Assembly (NCBI GenBank): GCA_944348085.1
Contig: CALVMU010000002.1
Location: forward strand, 4,461-68,460
Reading direction: 5' to 3'
Length of the DNA: 64,000 nt
Origin: an uncultured Clostridia bacterium
GTDB taxonomy: Bacteria; Bacillota; Clostridia; Christensenellales; UBA1242
Under the pieces are notes generated by a model. That model searched no databases. It was not told where the DNA came from and saw nothing but the letters and a program-made list of their open reading frames with translations. The stretch's first letter is position 1, and each line of letters begins with the position of its first letter. Made by a program: the position numbers and the translations under genes. Shown here one piece after another: positions 63,901 through 64,000 of the stretch.

Positions 63901-64000
63901 CTTCGTCAAATGCGTTTTCAACATCAGTCCAAACGCCATTTACTCTTCTTTGAACTTTTATTGAATAAGAAATTGAAACAGCTTCGCTTGAAGGAGTGTC
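60926..64000 (-). CDS. Large surface protein with repeated Ig-like (DUF5011/HYR-like) domains and C-terminal TM anchor; 5' end lies beyond the right edge of the window
   Basis: I translated 63704-64000 by hand. The reading frame stays open with no stop (...PEPGDYRFVYTATDFYGHTATTEFTIVDV...), so the TTG at 63703 in the ORF track is not the start. Recurrent G.Y.(L/V).Y.V.D..GN......F.(F/V) units are present. The C-terminus is VLIGVSVAILAGVVIYFVVSKVRENKSKKK. Confidence 0.8.
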   Translation of the reverse strand, partial: DTPSSEAVSISYSIKVQRRVNGVWTDVENAFDEDNNFKAPEPGDYRFVYTATDFYGHTATTEFTIVDVADTLEATPYVYDAGDENAKNEDGSYKSAENLLKSQTVNRNIIMYAIGGSDNYVDEGELTLTRRIRTATGSLLYEITSYNNYNLIFKAEKDGSKGVYRSIYDDNYQIRRQMTLEGITLTGDTEANETTIKEWLMTNNYRIVTRSRTVDPVTGSEYGSEQTDEQLLERGYAYITPNTTNADFSEQTYRFYYVASDNVSTNSAKEILFEVEVVENADDSAVPSILYSTDLQSSYLDDDTITLTAPTASDKGGDSRVEIHTAYRYLDSSRNPITTVGSEIKYVINEASKVGIASNKWYIQADGNNVVTSSGWTILEGEDEYEIRLANKPKDAAYIEFFSYAIDDQGNVGFYDKQCYVSNIEDTVAPSLYQVVKSDETGYVNNETIVLPTLYYQDNLPQYMNAGVVVYKVDADDPTSQTIVHSSNMSTYYDSITGSFVLEAGSFNAATGGDYIVAVTVSDAGRHSITTYFSYHVTEVPVVEAPEITNISSTNREIVIGEAQNLPAPRLSVSDSEGIGYIGISDLDSENTSSYYTVSVISADNNDYELSQTSFTANSRGTYQLRYDVFVISYSTDEEYFDSTGAANGKLFMSTNSVTGAQVLAYKAEGTETVTGGTATAGDVYYIYAEKTETGYELRINTSLLGIGKEMAIDKLPTYGDDGESRIVTLHHMTSPIITYTAGEVAVNLNMDESDYETTKFADTNQSIIIKRPDFEVSGSGETDEDRTNVSISVATGSTTRTIATVSLNNWNNMTNSDLTYDDNGNLVLLLNTNGRYTLTYTVAAKNSMGQPVGSTKTISYELSVGDVIAPTIEIDNTNNAFIKSTYNVGDVIDIQVDKITVEDETTTDRNTLLDRLVIQVRNTSTNTTTTLSNTSDVPGDYAYSYEIKEEGSYTVSIYVRDAAGNTSTTREFSFTVGDDGTSTPVNVQEIVGQVLIGVSVAILAGVVIYFVVSKVRENKSKKK

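Noticed and set aside
63700-63939. 79-aa ORF upstream of the 925-aa surface protein
   Set aside because: It is out of frame with, and fully inside, the continuing open frame of the large surface-protein gene.
1-64000. Mollicutes-type genetic code (TGA = Trp), given the AT-richness and giant surface proteins
   Set aside because: Several well-supported genes terminate at TGA (for example the permease at 47068 and yqfC at 56725). Trp is encoded by TGG throughout. Kilobase-scale ORFs are intact under the standard code.

Overview
AT-rich window that uses the standard genetic code (TGA acts as a stop, TGG encodes Trp). It most likely comes from a small-genome, low-GC Bacillota-type organism: it has murB/murC, rplU-prp-rpmA with the Prp-cleaved L27 extension, and floA-yqfC-yqfD-ybeY-era synteny.

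Three kinds of content stand out.

(1) Positions 1-7562 look like the distal end of a genomic island. The island ends at a duplicated 3' half of a tRNA-Thr(GGU)-like gene, which is followed by its native terminator. It is visibly more AT-rich than the rest of the window. It carries decayed gene remnants, a Fic protein, a GIY-YIG protein and a tightly overlapping four-gene operon: a small RHH protein, a C5 DNA methyltransferase, a MORC/Hsp90-like GHKL ATPase fused to a complete histidine-kinase core, and a receiver::HEPN response regulator. I consider this operon the best candidate for a previously undescribed, methylation-linked and phosphorelay-gated defence system.

(2) Housekeeping genes: asnA, ndk, eno, an OYE/Fe-S flavoenzyme, murC/murB, era, ybeY, ogg and ribosomal proteins. 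Upstream of asnA there is a textbook-looking leader-peptide attenuator (MRQILNNNNNNNLNALK) with two terminator-like hairpins that share mutually exclusive pairing.

(3) Four giant surface proteins take up roughly a quarter of the window. They are a GLUG beta-helix protein, an MBG-repeat protein, a Big_2-repeat protein and an Ig-like protein that runs off the right edge. Two of them lie in one operon with an ABC-2 transporter.

Other content: two tandem ABC exporters with mosaic near-identity, an SF1 helicase-nuclease fusion and several pseudogenes. I saw no rRNA, intact tRNA, CRISPR array, transposase or integrase.
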